Below the pieces are notes generated by a model. The model searched no databases. It was not told the DNA's origin and worked only from the letters and a program-made list of their open reading frames with translations. A stretch of 52,752 bases of DNA from contig NW_021833980.1 of NCBI RefSeq assembly GCF_006345805.1, forward strand, positions 1 through 52,752. Direction: 5' to 3'. Shown one piece after another: positions 26,501 through 40,600 of the stretch. Source of the stretch: Octopus sinensis (taxonomy: Eukaryota). The translations under genes were made by a program, and so were the position numbers. How positions within the stretch are numbered: position 1 is the stretch's first letter; each line of letters starts with the position of its first letter.

Positions 26501-29500
26501 AGACCTCTGAAGCAGGAAACAATATTGGTTAGACTGACATAGTGTGAATTGCGATAACATATTCAATATTGTTCTTTATGAAAAAGAACAAAATTATAGG
26601 AAAATAATATGAGAGGAAGAGGAACAGGAAAGAGATTGAGGAGAAGAAGAAGCCAAAGAAGAAGGGGAGGAGGGGAAGGGGAAACGGGGAAGACAAGGAG
26701 GAAGTGGAGGGGGAAAAGAAGTAGAAGAAGGAGGAGTTGGAGGAGAAGGAACGAAGGGGAGGAAAAAGGCTGAGGACGGAGTAGAACAAGGAGATGCAGG
26801 AGGGGTGAGGGAAATAGGAGGAGGAGCAGAGGGTAGAGTAGAAGAAAAATATGTAAATTATTAAAAAGAGGAGGAGGGTGAGGAGACGAAGAAGAATAGG
26901 TAAAAGAGAAGAAAAAGGAAAAGAAGAGGAAAAAGAAGAAGCAGAAGAAGGCGATGAAGAAGGAGGAGGAAGAGGAGAAGGAGGGGGAGAATTACAAAAA
27001 AGAAGATGAGAAGAAGAAGAAAGAGGATGAGAAGGAGAAGTAGAAGAAAGTAGAAGAAAGAGGATAAGGAGGGGGAGGGGAAAGGAAGAATTACAAGATG
27101 AGGAGAAGAAGAAGAAGAAGCAGAAGAAGAAAAGGAGGAGTAGAGGTAGAAGAAGAAGAAGAAGAACAGGAAGCAGTAGAAGAAAGAGAAGAAGAAGGAA
27201 GAGGGGGCAAGAGGTGGAGGAGGAGGATGAAGGGGAAGAAGAAGTTAGAGAAAAAGAAAAAAAGAAGAAGGAGGAGGAGAATAACAAAATGAAAATATGA
27301 AGAAGAAAGAGCCGAAAGAGGAGAAGTAGACGAAGAAATAGAAAGTAGAATAAGAAGTAGAAGAAAATGAAATAGAAGAAAGAGAAGTTGAAGAAAAAGA
27401 AAAATAAGGAGGAAGATGAGGAGAAGTACAAGAAGAAGAAGAAGAAGAAGAAGAAGGAGGAGGAGGAGGAAGAGACGTAGAAGCAGAAGTAGAAAAAGAA
27501 GAAAAAGAAGAAGAAAAAAGAAGACGAATAAGAAGAAGGAAGAGGAGGAGGATGAAGGCGAAGAAGAAGAGAAAGGAGGAGGAGGAGAAGAATATGAAGA
27601 AGTATAAAGTGTAGAAGAAGTAGAAGACGAAAAAAAAAGAAGTGGTAGAAAGAGAAGAAGAAAAGGAAAAAGATGGAGGAAGACGGGGAACAGAAGTAGA
27701 AGAAGAAGACGAAGAAGGAGAAGAACAAGGAGAATAAGAATAAGAATTAGAAGAAGAAGAAGAAAAAGGAGCAAGAGAGGAGAGGGGTGGAGGTGGACGA
27801 GAATTACAAGAAGAAAAAGGAGGGGTGGGGTGGTGAGAGGAGGAAGTGAATTACAAGAAGTAAATGTAGATGAAGAAGAAGAGAATAAAATTAGAAGAAG
27901 AAAAGAAAGAGGAGGAGGTGGAGGAGGAGAAGAAGAAGAATAGTTTAAAAGAAGGAGAAGAAGAAGAAATTGAAGAAGAGAAGAAAAAGAAGGAGGAGGA
28001 TGATGAGCAGGAGGTGAGGCGGAGGAAGGAGAAGAAGACGAAGAAGAAGAAGAAGAAGAAAGAAGAAGAAGAAGAAGACGACGACGACGAAGAAGAAGTA
28101 AAAGAAGAAGGAAGATAAAAGAAAAGAAGAAAAGAAGAAGAAGAAGAAGAAGAAAGAAGAAGAAGAAGAAGAAGAAGATACATTAAAAATCATTGTCTTC
28201 AAGACGACCCTTAAAATGTTTTCATAATATCATGAAATAATTCAAGGATAGAATGAAAAATTTTGGGCGAGAAGACATGGCTGAAAAATCATGGAATATA
28301 CGGAATCAGAAATCAACATATTCAAATGCACTCATACGCATTCTTATATTCACAGTATCAACGACGGAATGCGCTCTGCACACTCACATCACACATATTC
28401 CCACTCACCCTTGCGGAAATATGGTGAGAGAGATTATTTATTTAATATCGCTTCATTGTCACAAGAATATTAGAAAACACACGCTTACAAGAAATATATC
28501 AGCAGTTTAATTGTATCAAGCCAAGTATTCCAGCTTATAAGTACAGTAAGTATTTCAGGTTTACAGATAGATGTATGTGACTATATTATTCGAATATATA
28601 TTTTCCGCTTCCAATTCAGTTGCTCTATTACATAAATAACGTGAAGTGAATGACAAAATTCGAAGTTGAATGATAATATCGAAACACGAAGGAGAATATT
28701 GAAATAAGAAATGGAGGAGGATGTAAAATATAAAATAAAGGAATAATATAGTCACATTTCACACAGAACTACACTTATATATGAACATACACATATACTT
28801 CAGCTAAAAATGTAACCTCACAAACGTTACCATTTCTAATACAAATTCATATCAAAACCTTTGAAATTTGGGGAACAAAAAAGAGTTAATGAGATGCGAA
28901 TTGAAACAAAGCAACTACAAGAAAGGAACATTATATTTTTCCTATTATTTCACTTTCTCTCTCAAATTCTCTCTCTTTCTTTCACATTGTCTCGCTCTCT
29001 CATATTCTCTTTGTATCTTCCTAAATCGTGTTCATTCTTCAAATTCGAATTGATTTTGTTTGGTGCAGTCTGAAATATTATATATTTGTGAGCTTATATA
29101 TCAGCATCATTACTTTCGGAAAATAATATCAAGAAATTGAACAAACTTACAATGTCTTTAAATTCGAAAGGCCCGTGAATAAACCTTCTTTGATGGTTGA
29201 AATGTTGTTCCATCTCAGATCTCTATAGCAGTAAAGAAAGAGTAAAATAGATTATATGGAAAATATATGTGATACGACACCAAACACTGTGATTTCAGAA
29301 TGAAAGGAAGAAAAAGAAGAAAGATAACGAAGAAAAAGAAGAAGTAGACGGAGGAGGAGGAGAAGAAGTAGAAGAAGAAGATGAGTAGAAGAAGAAAGTA
29401 GAAGAAGGAGAATTGGGCAGGAGGTGGAGGGGGCGGAAGAGAAGGTGTAGTGGGGAGGTTAGGAGGAGGACCAAGGAATGGATGACTGAGGAGCGGCAGC

Positions 29501-31280
29501 TGGGGGTAGAAGCAGAAGGAGCAGGAAGAGCATGAGAATGAGAATAAGAGGAAGAATTGGCAGAGAATGGAAAAGAGGGAGACAAGTGACGGAGCAGAAA
29601 GTACAGAGAAGAAAAAGAAGAAGAAAAAAAGAAGAAGAAGAAGAAGAAGAAGAAGAAGAAGAAAAATAGAAGAAGAATACAAATAAGTAGAAAAATAAGA
29701 AGAAAAAAGAAGGCAAAGAAGAAGACAAAAAAGAAGTAGAACACGAAGAAAAGTAACAAGAAGAAGAAGTAGATGAAGTAGAAGAAGAAGAAGACGACGA
29801 AGAAGAAGAGGAACATGTAGGAGATGAAGAGGGAAAGAAGAAGACGAAGAAGATGAAAAAAAAGAAAAATAGAAGAAGAGAAAGAAGAAATTGAAGAAAG
29901 AGTAGGATGAGTAGGACGAAGAGGGGAGGTTGAGGAGGAGAATTGCAATAAGAAGAAGAAAAAGGAGGAGAAGGAGGTGGAGCAGGAGGGAGAATAGGAG
30001 AATTACAAGAAGAAGAACAAAACAACAACAACAACAATAAAAAAAATTTATTTCGGTGGAAGTGTGGATAAATAACCACACGGCACCACAGAATCAAGAG
30101 AACAATGTGTAAGAAAATAGTAGCTAAAACTTATATTAATAGTGCAGATACATACATACATATGAACATACACATATATATTTGCAGGAATTACATTTTT
30201 ATGCAGACAATTATCAACTGACAGTCATTGACATGTTCAGACTCAATCAAATAAATATAAGACGAATATGAGAACTGAATATGATTTACAGTAATAGAGA
30301 GTGAGAAAACATGGAAATAAGGGGATATTAAATTTAAAGACATAGTATATTCCTCATGTATAAACGACAACATTGAATGAACTTACAATTTCTCTAAGTT
30401 GTGAAGGCCTTGAAACATCTCCTTTTCAATCCTTGAAATTTTATTGCTGTCAAGAGATCTGAAGCAGGAAACAATATTGCTTAGATTGACATAGTGTGAA
30501 TTGCGATAACATATTCAATATTGTTCTTTATGAAAAGGGACAAAATTATAGGAAAATAATACAAGAGGAACAGGAAAGAGATTGAGGAGAAGAAGAAGAC
30601 GAAGAAGGGGATGAGGGGAAGCGGAAAAGAAGAAGACTAGGAGGAAAAGGAGGGGGAGTAGAAGTAGAAGAAGGAAGAGTTGGAGGAGGAGGAGGGGAGA
30701 AGAAGAAGAAGGAGGAGGACTGAAGAGGACAAGGAGATGAAGGAGAGAAAGGAACATAGGAGGAGGATGGGCAGAGGAAAAGAAGACAAAGAAGAAGAGG
30801 AGGAGGGGAAGGGGAAAATAAGAAGACAAGGAGGAAGAGGAGTTGGGAGAAGAAGTAGAAGGAGGAGGAGGAGAAGGATGAGTAGGAGGAGTAGGCGGAG
30901 ATGAGGAGAAGTAGGTTGAGGACGGGGGAGGACAATGAGATGCAGGAGGGGGAATAGGAGGAGGAGGAGGAATGGGAGGAGTAGAAGAAGAAGATGTAGA
31001 AGATTAAAAAGAGGAGGAAGAAAAAGAAGATATAGAAGAATGAAGGGGATGGAGAGGAGAAGAATAATAAGAAGAAGAAGCAGGAAAAAGAAGAGGAAGA
31101 AGAAGTAGAAGAAGAAGAAGAAGAAGAAGAAAAAGAAGAAGGAGAAGGAAATGGAGGAAAAGAGATGGATGACGAGGAAGGGGAAGGAGAAGAAGGAGAA
31201 GAAGAAGAAGAACAACAACAACAACAAGAATAAGAAGAAGAAGTAGGAGGAAGAGGAGGAGAATAACAAAATGAAGAAGA

Positions 31281-31311
<31 letters not shown>

Positions 31312-34300
31312 GAGGAGGAGGAGGAAAAGTAGAAGAAGAAAAGAACAAAAAGAAGAAGAAGGAGAAGAAGAAGACGACGACGACGAAGAAGAAGTAGAAG
31401 AAGAAGAAGGAGAAGAAGAAGAAGAAGAAGTAAAAGAAGAAGAAGAAGAAGAAGAAGAAGAAGAAGAAGATACGTTGAAAATCATGGTGTTCAAGACGAA
31501 ACTGAAAATGTTGTCATAATATCAGGAAATAATTCAAGGATAGAGCGGTAAATTTTGGGCGAGAAGACATGGCTGAAAAATCAGGGAATATACGGAATCA
31601 GAAATCAACATATTCAAACGCACTCATTCGCATTCTTATAGTCATAGTATCAACGACGGAATGCGCTATGCACACTTACATCACTCATAATCCCACTCAC
31701 ACTTGTGGAAATATGGTGAGAGAGATTATTTATTTCATATCGCTTCATTGTCAGAAGAATATTAGAAAACACACGCTTACAAGAAATATATCAGCAGTTT
31801 AATTGTATCAGGCCAAATATTCCAGCTTACAAGTACAGAAAGTATTTCAGGTTTACAGATAGAATGTATGTGACTATATTATTCGAATATATATTTTCCG
31901 CTTCCACTTCAGTTACATAAATAACGTGAAGTGAATGACAAAATTCGAAGTTGAATGATAATATCGAAACACGAAGGAGAATATTGAAATAAGAAATGGA
32001 GGAGGATGTAAAATATAAAATAAAGGAATAATATAGTCACATTTCACACAGAACTACACTTATATATGAACATACACATATACTTCAGCTAAAAGTATTT
32101 GATGCAAACATGTAAACTCACAAACGTTACCATTTCTAATACAAATTCATATCAAAACCTTTGAAATTTGGGGAACAAAAATGAGTTATTGAGATGCAAA
32201 TTGAAACAAAGCAACTACAATAAAGGAACATTGTATTTTTCCTATTATTTCACTTTCTCTCTCAAATTCTCTCTCTTTCTTTCACATTGTCTCGCTCTCT
32301 CATATTCTTTTTGTATCTTCCTAAATCGTATTCATTCTACAAATTCGAATTGATTTTGTTTGGTGCAGTCTGAAAGTTTATACATTTGTGAGCTTATATG
32401 TCAGCATCAATTATAACTTTCGGAAAATAGTATCAAGAAATTAAACGAACTTACAATTCTTTTAAATTTGAAAGCCCCGTGAATGTACCTTCTTTGATGG
32501 TTGAAATGTTGTTCTCGTACAGATCTCTATAGCAGTAAAGAAAGAGTAAAATAGATTATATGGAAAATATTTGTGATTCGATATCAAACACTGTGACTTC
32601 AGAATGAAAGGAAGAAAAAGAAGAAAGATAACGAAGAAGAAGAAGAAGAAGAAGAAGATTAAGACAGGAAAAGAAGAAGAAGAAGAAAGGAAAAGAAGAA
32701 GAAAAAGAAAGAAAAAGGAGAAGAAGAAGCAGTAGTAGAAGAAAAAGAAAAGTAGAAGAAGGGGAATTAGGGACGAGGTGGAGGATGTGGGGGTGGAGCA
32801 GAGGTGGGGAGGTTAGGAGGAGGACAAAGGAAGGGATGCCTGTTCAGGGGGCCGCTGAGGGTAGCAGCTGAAGGAGCAGGAAGAGCTGGAGACTGAGAAT
32901 AAGAGGGAGAATTGGCAGAGAATGGAAAAGAGGGAGACCAGTGACGGAGCATAAAGTACAGAGAAGAAAAAGAAGAAGAAGACAAAGAAGAAGAAGAAGA
33001 ACAAAATTAGAAGAGGAAGAAGGAGGAGGAGAAGAAGTAGAAGAAGAAGCAGAAGAAGAAGAAAACAAAGAAAATTAAGAAGAAGAAGAAAAAAGAAGGC
33101 AAAGAAGAAGTAGAACACGAAGAAAAGTAACAAGAAGAAGAATAAGTAGAAGAAGAAGAAGAGGAAGAAGAAGAAGACAAAGAAAAGGAAGAAGAAGAAG
33201 AAGAGGAAGAAGAAGAAGACGACGAAGAAAAGGAACATGAAGGAGATGGAGAAGGAAAGAAGAAGACGAAGAAGATGAAGAAGAAGAAAAATAGAAGAAG
33301 AGGAAAAAGAAATTGAAGAAAAAGGAGGATGAGTAGGACGAAGAGGGCATGTTGAGGAGGAGAATTGCAATAAGAAGAAGAAAATGAGGAGAAGGAGGTG
33401 GAGGAGGAGGGGGAATAGGAGAATTACAAGAAGAAGAACAAAACAACAACAACAACAACAAAAATATTATCTCGGTGGAAGTGTGGATAAATAACCACAC
33501 GGCACCACAGAATCAAGAGAACAATGTGTAAGAAAATAGTAGCTAAAACTTATATTAATAGTGCAGATACAGACATACATATGAACATACACATATATAT
33601 TTTCAGGAATAACATTTTTATGCAGACAATTATCAACTGACAGTCATTGACATGTTCAGACTCAATCAAATAAATATAAGACGAATATGAGAACTGAATA
33701 TGATTTACAGTAATAGAGAGTGAGAAAACATGGAAATAAGGGGATATTAAATTTAAAGACATAGTATATTCCTCATGTATAAACGACAACATTGAAAGAA
33801 CTTACAATCTCTCTAAGTTGTGAAGGCCTTGAAACATTTCTTTTTCAATCCTTGAAATATAATTGTAGGAAAGAGATCTGAAACAGGAAACAATATTGGT
33901 TAGATTAACATAGTGTGAATTGCGATAACATATTCAATATTGTTCTTTATGAAAAGGGACAAAATTATAGGAAAATAATACGAGAGGAAGGGGAACAGGA
34001 AAGAGATTGAGGAGAAGAAGAAGAAGAAGGAGAGTAGGGGAAGGGGAAAGAAGAAGTCAAGGAGGAAGAGAAGGGGGGAGAAGAAGTAGAAGAAGGAGGA
34101 GTTGGAGGAGGAGGAGGGGAGGTGAATAAGGATGAGGACAGGGAAGGATAAGGAGATGCAGGAGGGGGAGGAAAATAGGAGGAGGTGCAGAGGGTAGAGT
34201 ATAAGAAGATATAGAAGATTAAAAAGTGGAGGAAGAAAAAGAACAAGTAGAAGGAAGAGGAGGGTGAAAAGAAGAAAAAGAAGAAGAAGAAAAAGAAGAA

Positions 34301-37300
34301 GTAAAACGAGAAGAAGAAGCGGAAAATGAAGAAGAAGTAGAAGCAGGAAAAAAGGAGAAGAAGGAAGAAGAGAAAAATAGGTGGAGGCGGAGGTGGAAGA
34401 GGAAGGGGAAGAAGAAGAAGACAGATGAGAAGGAGGAGGAGGAGGAGGAGGAGGAAGGGGAAGTAGAAGAAAAAGAAGGAGGAGAAGGAGGAGGAGGAAG
34501 AGTAGTAGAAGAAGAAGAATAAGATGAAGAAGAAGAAGATGACACTTTGAATATCATGGTATTCAAGATGAATCTGGAAATGTTCTCAAGATATCAGGAA
34601 ATAATTCAAGGATAGATCGAGAAATTTTGGGCGAGAAGACATGGCTGAAAACTCAGGGAATATACGAAATCAGAAATCAACATATTCAAATGCACTCATA
34701 CGCATTTTTATTTTCATAGTATCAACAACGGAATGCGGTATGCACACTCACATCACACATAATCCCACTCACACTTGTGGAAATATGGTGAGAGAGATTA
34801 TTTATTTCATATCGCTTCATTGTCACAAGAATATTAGAAAACACACGCTTACAAGAAATATATCAGCAGTTTAATTGTATCAGGCCAAATATTCCAGCTT
34901 ACAAGTACAGAAAGTATTTCAGGTTTACAGATAGAATGTATGTGACTATATTATTCGAATATATATTTTCCGCTTCCACTTCAGTTACATAAATAACGTG
35001 AAGTGAATGACAAAATTCGAAGTTGAATGATAATATCGAAACACGAAGGAGAATATTGAAATAAGAAATGGAGGAGGATGTAAAATATAAAATAAAGGAA
35101 TAATATAGTCACATTTCACACAGAACTACACTTATATATGAACATACACATATACTTCAGCTAAATGTATTTGATGCAAACATGTAAACTCACAAACGTT
35201 ACCATTTCTAATACAAATTCATATCAAAATCATTGGAATTTGGGGGAAAAATGAGTTATTGAGATGCGAATTGAAACAAAGCAACTACAATAAAGGAACA
35301 TTATATTTTTCCTATTATTTCACTTTCTCCCCCAAATTCTCTCTCTTTCTTTCACATTGTCTCGCTTTCTCCTATTCTCTTTGTATCTTCTTAAATCTTG
35401 TTCATTCTACAAATTTGAATTGATTTTGTTTAGTTCAGTCTGAAATTTTATACATTTGTGAGCTTATATATCAGCATCAATTAATACTTTCGGATAATAG
35501 TATCAAGAAATTAAACGAACTTACACTGTTTTTAAATTGGAAAGCCCCGTGAATACACCTTCTTTGATGGTTGAAATGTTGTTCCCGAAAAGATATCTAT
35601 AGCAGTAAAGAAAGAGTAAAATAGATTATATGGAAAATATTTGTGATACGACATCAAACACTGTGACATCTGAATGAAAGGAAGAAAAAGAAGAAAGATA
35701 ACGAAGAAGAAAAGGAAGAAGAAGGAGGAGGAGGAGGCGAAGAGGAAGAAAAGTAGAAGAAGAAGAATTAGTAGAAGAAGAAAGGAGAAGAGGTAGTAGA
35801 AGAAAAAGAAGCGAAAGAAGGAATACCTGGAAAAAGGAGGAGGAGGATGATAAAAGGGAAGAAGAAGTAGAAGAAAAAGTAAAAGAAGAAGAAGAAGGGG
35901 ATGGGAGGAAAAGAATAACAAGAAGAAGAAGATAAATATAAGAAAGACGAGGAGGAGGAGGAGGAGAAGTAGGTGAAGAAGTAGAAATAAGAAGAAGAAG
36001 AAGGAGAAGAAGAACAACAACAAGTCGAAATAGAAGGAGGATGAGGAGGGGGAGGGGAAGAAGAAATATTGCAAGAAGAAGGAAGGAAAGAACAGGAAGA
36101 AGAAGATGTAGAAGTAGTAGAAGCAAGAAAAAGAAGAAAGATAACGAAGAAGAAAAGGAAGAAGAAGGAGGAGGAGGAGGCGAAGAGGAAGAAAAGTAGA
36201 AGAAGAAGAATTAGTAGAAGAAGAAAGGAGAAGAGGTAGTAGAAGAAAAAGAAGCGAAAGAAGGAATACCTGGAAAAAGGAGGAGGAGGATGATAAAAGG
36301 GAAGAAGTAGAAGAAAAAGTAAAAGAAGAAGAAGGGGATGGGAGGAAAAGAATAACAAGAAGAAGAAGATAAATATAAGAAAGACGAGGAGGAGGAGGAG
36401 GAGAAGTAGATGAAGAAGTAGAAATAAGAAGAAGAAGAAGGAGAAGAAGAACAACAACAAGTCGAAATAGAAGGAGGATGAGGAGGGGGAGGGGAAGAAG
36501 AAATATTGCAAGAAGAAGAAGGAAGGAAAGAACAGGAAGAAGAAGATGTAGAAGTAGTAGAAGCAAGAAAAAGAAGAAGATGAAGGAGGTGGAGGAGAAG
36601 GAGATAGAGAATAACAAAAACAGAAGTGAAGAAGAAGAAGGAGGAGGAGGAGGAGTAGAAGAAGAAGTAGAAAGAAGAAGAGGAAGAAAAAAAGAAAAAG
36701 ACAAAGAAGAAGAAGAAGGAAGGGGAGGAAAAAGGAGGAGGAGGAGTGTGAAGGAGGAGAATAAGTAGGAGAACATGAAAAAGAAGAAGAAGATGAAGGA
36801 GGAGGAGGTTGAGAATAACAAAAAGAAGAATATAAGAAGAAGAAAGAGGAGTAGGAGGAGAAGTAGATGAAGAAGTAGAAAGTAGTGGTAGAAGAAGACA
36901 TAGAAGAAGAAGAAAAAAGAAGTAGAAGAATGAGAAGAAGAAATGAAAAAGAAGAAGGAAGGAACAGAAGAAGAAGAATTAGAAGAAGAAGCAGAAGAAG
37001 AAGAAAATGAAGCAGGAGAGGAGGGGAGGAGGAGAATAACAAGAAGAAAAAGGAGGAGGCGCGGAGAGGATTGGGTAGAAAAAAAGAAGAGGAAAAAAAG
37101 AAGTAGAAGAAGGAAGGGGAAAAAGGAGGAGGAAGAAGATGAAAGGGAAAAAGTAGGGGTAGAAGAAAAAGAAGAAGAAGAAGAACAAGGAGGAGGAGGA
37201 GGAGGAGGAGTAGATGAAGAAGTTGAAAGTAGAAGAGGAAGAAGTGGAAGAAGAAGAAAAAAGGAGAAGCGAGAGAAGAAGAAGAAGAAAAAGAAGAAGA

Positions 37301-37580
37301 AGAAGGAGGAGAAGAAGGTGCAGCAGGAGGAGAGGAACAGAAGGAAGAAGAAGAAAAAGAAGAAGAAGAAGAAGAAGAAGAAGAAGAAAAAAGGAGAAGC
37401 GAGAGAAGAAGAAGCAGGAGGAGGAGGAAGAGAAGGAAGAAGAAGAAAAAGAAGAAGAAGAAGAAGGAAAATAAGAAGAAGAAGAAGGAAAAGAAGAAGA
37501 AGAAGGCAGAATACGAAATGACAAAAAGATGAAGAAGAAGGCGGAGAAGGAGAATAGAATAAGAAAAAGAACAAAAAGAA

Positions 37581-37612
<32 letters not shown>

Positions 37613-40600
37613 AAAATATAAAGCGGGAGAAGAAGAAGAAGAAGAAGAACAACAACAACAACAAAAAGAAGAAAAAGAGGAAGAAGAAGAAGAAGAAGTG
37701 GAAAAAGAAAAAGATAAAGAGGGAGAAGAAGAAGAACAACAACAAAAAGAAGAAGAAGAAGAAGAAGAAGAAGAAGAAAAGATAAAGAGGGAGAAGAAGA
37801 AGAAGAAGAAAAAGAAGAAGAAGAAGAAGAAGAAGAAGAAGAAGAAGAAGATGACAATTTAAAAATGATGGTGTTCATGATGAAACTGAAAATGTTCTCA
37901 TAATATCAGGAAATAATTCAAGGATAGAGCGATAAATTTTGGGCGAGAAGACATGGCTGAAAAATCAGGGAATATACGGAATCAGAAATCAACATATTCA
38001 AATGCACTCATACGCAATCTTATATTCATAGTATCAACGACGGAATGCGGTATGCACACTTACATCACACATATTCCCACTCACCTTTGTGGAAACATGG
38101 TGAGAGAGATTATTTATTTCATATCGCTTCATTGTCACAAGAATATTAGAAAACACACGCTTACAAGAAATATATCAGCAGTTTAATTTATCAGGCCAAA
38201 TATTCCAGCTTACAAGTACAGTAAGTATTTCAGGTTTACAGATAGAATGTATGTGACTATATTATTCGAATATATATTTTCCGCTTCCACTTCAGTTACA
38301 TAAATAACGTGAAGTGAATGACAAAATTCGAAGTTGAATGATAATATCGAAACACGAAGGAGAATATTGAAATAAGAAATGGAGGAGGATGTAAAATATA
38401 AAATAAAGGAATAATATAGTCACATTTCACACAGAACTACACTTATATATGAACATACACATATACTTCAGGTAAAAATATTTGATGCAAACATGTAAAC
38501 TCACAAACGTTACCATTTCTAATACAAATTCATATCAAAATCATTGAAATTTGGGAACAAAAATGAGTTATTGAGATGCGAATTGAAACAAAGCAACTAC
38601 AATAAAGGAACATTATATTTTTCCTATTATTTCACTTTCTCTCTTAAATTCTCTCTCTTTTTTCACATTGTCTCGCTCTCTCCTATTCTCTTTGTATCTT
38701 CCTAAATCGTATTCATTTTACAAATTTGAATTGATTTTGTTCGGTGTAGTCTGAAATATTATACATTTGTGAGCTTATATATCAGCATCAATTATTACGT
38801 TCGGAAAATAATATCAAGAAACTGAACGAACTTACAATTCTTTTAAATGTGAAAGCCCCGTGAATGCTCCTTCTTTGATGGTTGCAATGTTGTTGTTCCA
38901 CAGTTCTCTATAGCAGTAAAGAAAGAGTAAATTAGATTATATGGAAAATATATGTGATACGACATCAAACACAGTGACATCTGAATGAAAGGAAGAAAAA
39001 GAAGAAAGATAACGAAGAAGAAGAAGAAGAAGAAGAAGAAGGGGAAGAAGAAGAAGAAGAAGGAGAAGAACAAGAAGAAGAAGAAGAAGAAGAAGAAGAG
39101 GAAGTAAAAGAAGACGAAGACAAAGAAAAGGAAGAAGAAGAAGAAGAAGAGGAAATAGAAGAAGACGACAAAGAAGACGGAACATGAAGGAGATGAAGAA
39201 GGAAAGAAGAAGAGGAAGTATAAAAAGAAGAAAAAGAAGAAGAGAAAGAAGAAATTGAAGAAAAAGGAGGATGAGTAGGACGAAGAGGGGAGGTTGAGGA
39301 GGAGAATTGCAATAAGAAGAAGAAAATTAGGAGAAGGAGGTGGACGAGGAGGGGGAATAGGAGAATTACAAGAAGAAGAACAAAAACAACAACAACAACA
39401 ACAAAAATATTATCTCGGTGGAAGTGTGGATAAATAACCACACGGAACCTCAGAATCAACAGAACAATGTGTAAGAAAATAGTAGCTAAAACTTATATTA
39501 ATAGTGCAGATACAGACATACATATGAACATACACATATATATTTTCAGGAATAACATTTTTATGCAGACAATTATCAACTGACAGTCATTGACATTTCA
39601 GACTCAATCAAATAAATATAAGACGAATATGAGAACTGAATATGATTTACAGTAATAGAGAGTGAGAAAACATGGAAATAAGGGGATATTAAATTTAAAG
39701 ACATAGTATATTCCTCATGTATAAACGACAACATTGAAAGAACTTACAATTTCTCTAAGCTGTGAAGGCCTTGAAACATCTCTTTTTCAATCCTTGAAAT
39801 TTTATTGTAGCCAAGATCTCTGAAGCAGGAAACAATATTGGTTAGATTAACATAGTGTGAATTGCGATAACATATTCAATATTGTTCTTTATGGAAGGAG
39901 ACAAAATTATAGGAAAATATACAGAAGAAGAGGAACGAAAGAGATTAAGGAGAAGAAGAAGAAGAAGAAGAAGAAGAAGAAGAAGAAGAAGAAAGAGAGG
40001 AGGGGAGGGAAAAGAAGAAGTCAAGGAGGAAGAGAAGGGGGGAGAAGAAGTAGAAGAAGGAGGAGTTGGAGGAGGAGGGGAGGTGAAGAAGGATGAGGAC
40101 AGGGAAGGAAAGGAGATGCAGGAGGGGGAGGAAGGGAGGAAAATAGGAGGAGGTGCAGAGGATAGAGTATAAGAAGATATAGAAGATTAAAAAGTGGAGG
40201 AAGAATAAGATGAAGTAGAAGGGAGAAGAAAGGGGAGGAGGAGAAGAAGAGAAGAGGAAGAAGAGAGGAGAAGAAGAAGAAGGAGAGAAGAGAAAGAAGA
40301 AGTAAAAGGAGAAGAAGAGCGGAAGAAAATGAAGAAGAAGAAGAAGCATGAAAAAAGAAGAGAGAAAAAGAAAAAGAAGGAGAAGAAGGAAGAAGAGGAA
40401 AATAGGTGGAGGCGGAGGAGTAGGAGGAAGCGGAAGGAGAAGAAGAGGACAAAGGAGAAGGAGGAGGAAGAGAAGTAGGAGAAGAAGAAGAAGAAGAAGA
40501 AGAAGAAGAAGAAGAAGAAGAAGAAGAAGAAGAAGAAAAGAAGAAGAAAAGAAGATGACACTTTGAATATCATGGTGTTGAAGACGAAACTGAAATTGTT

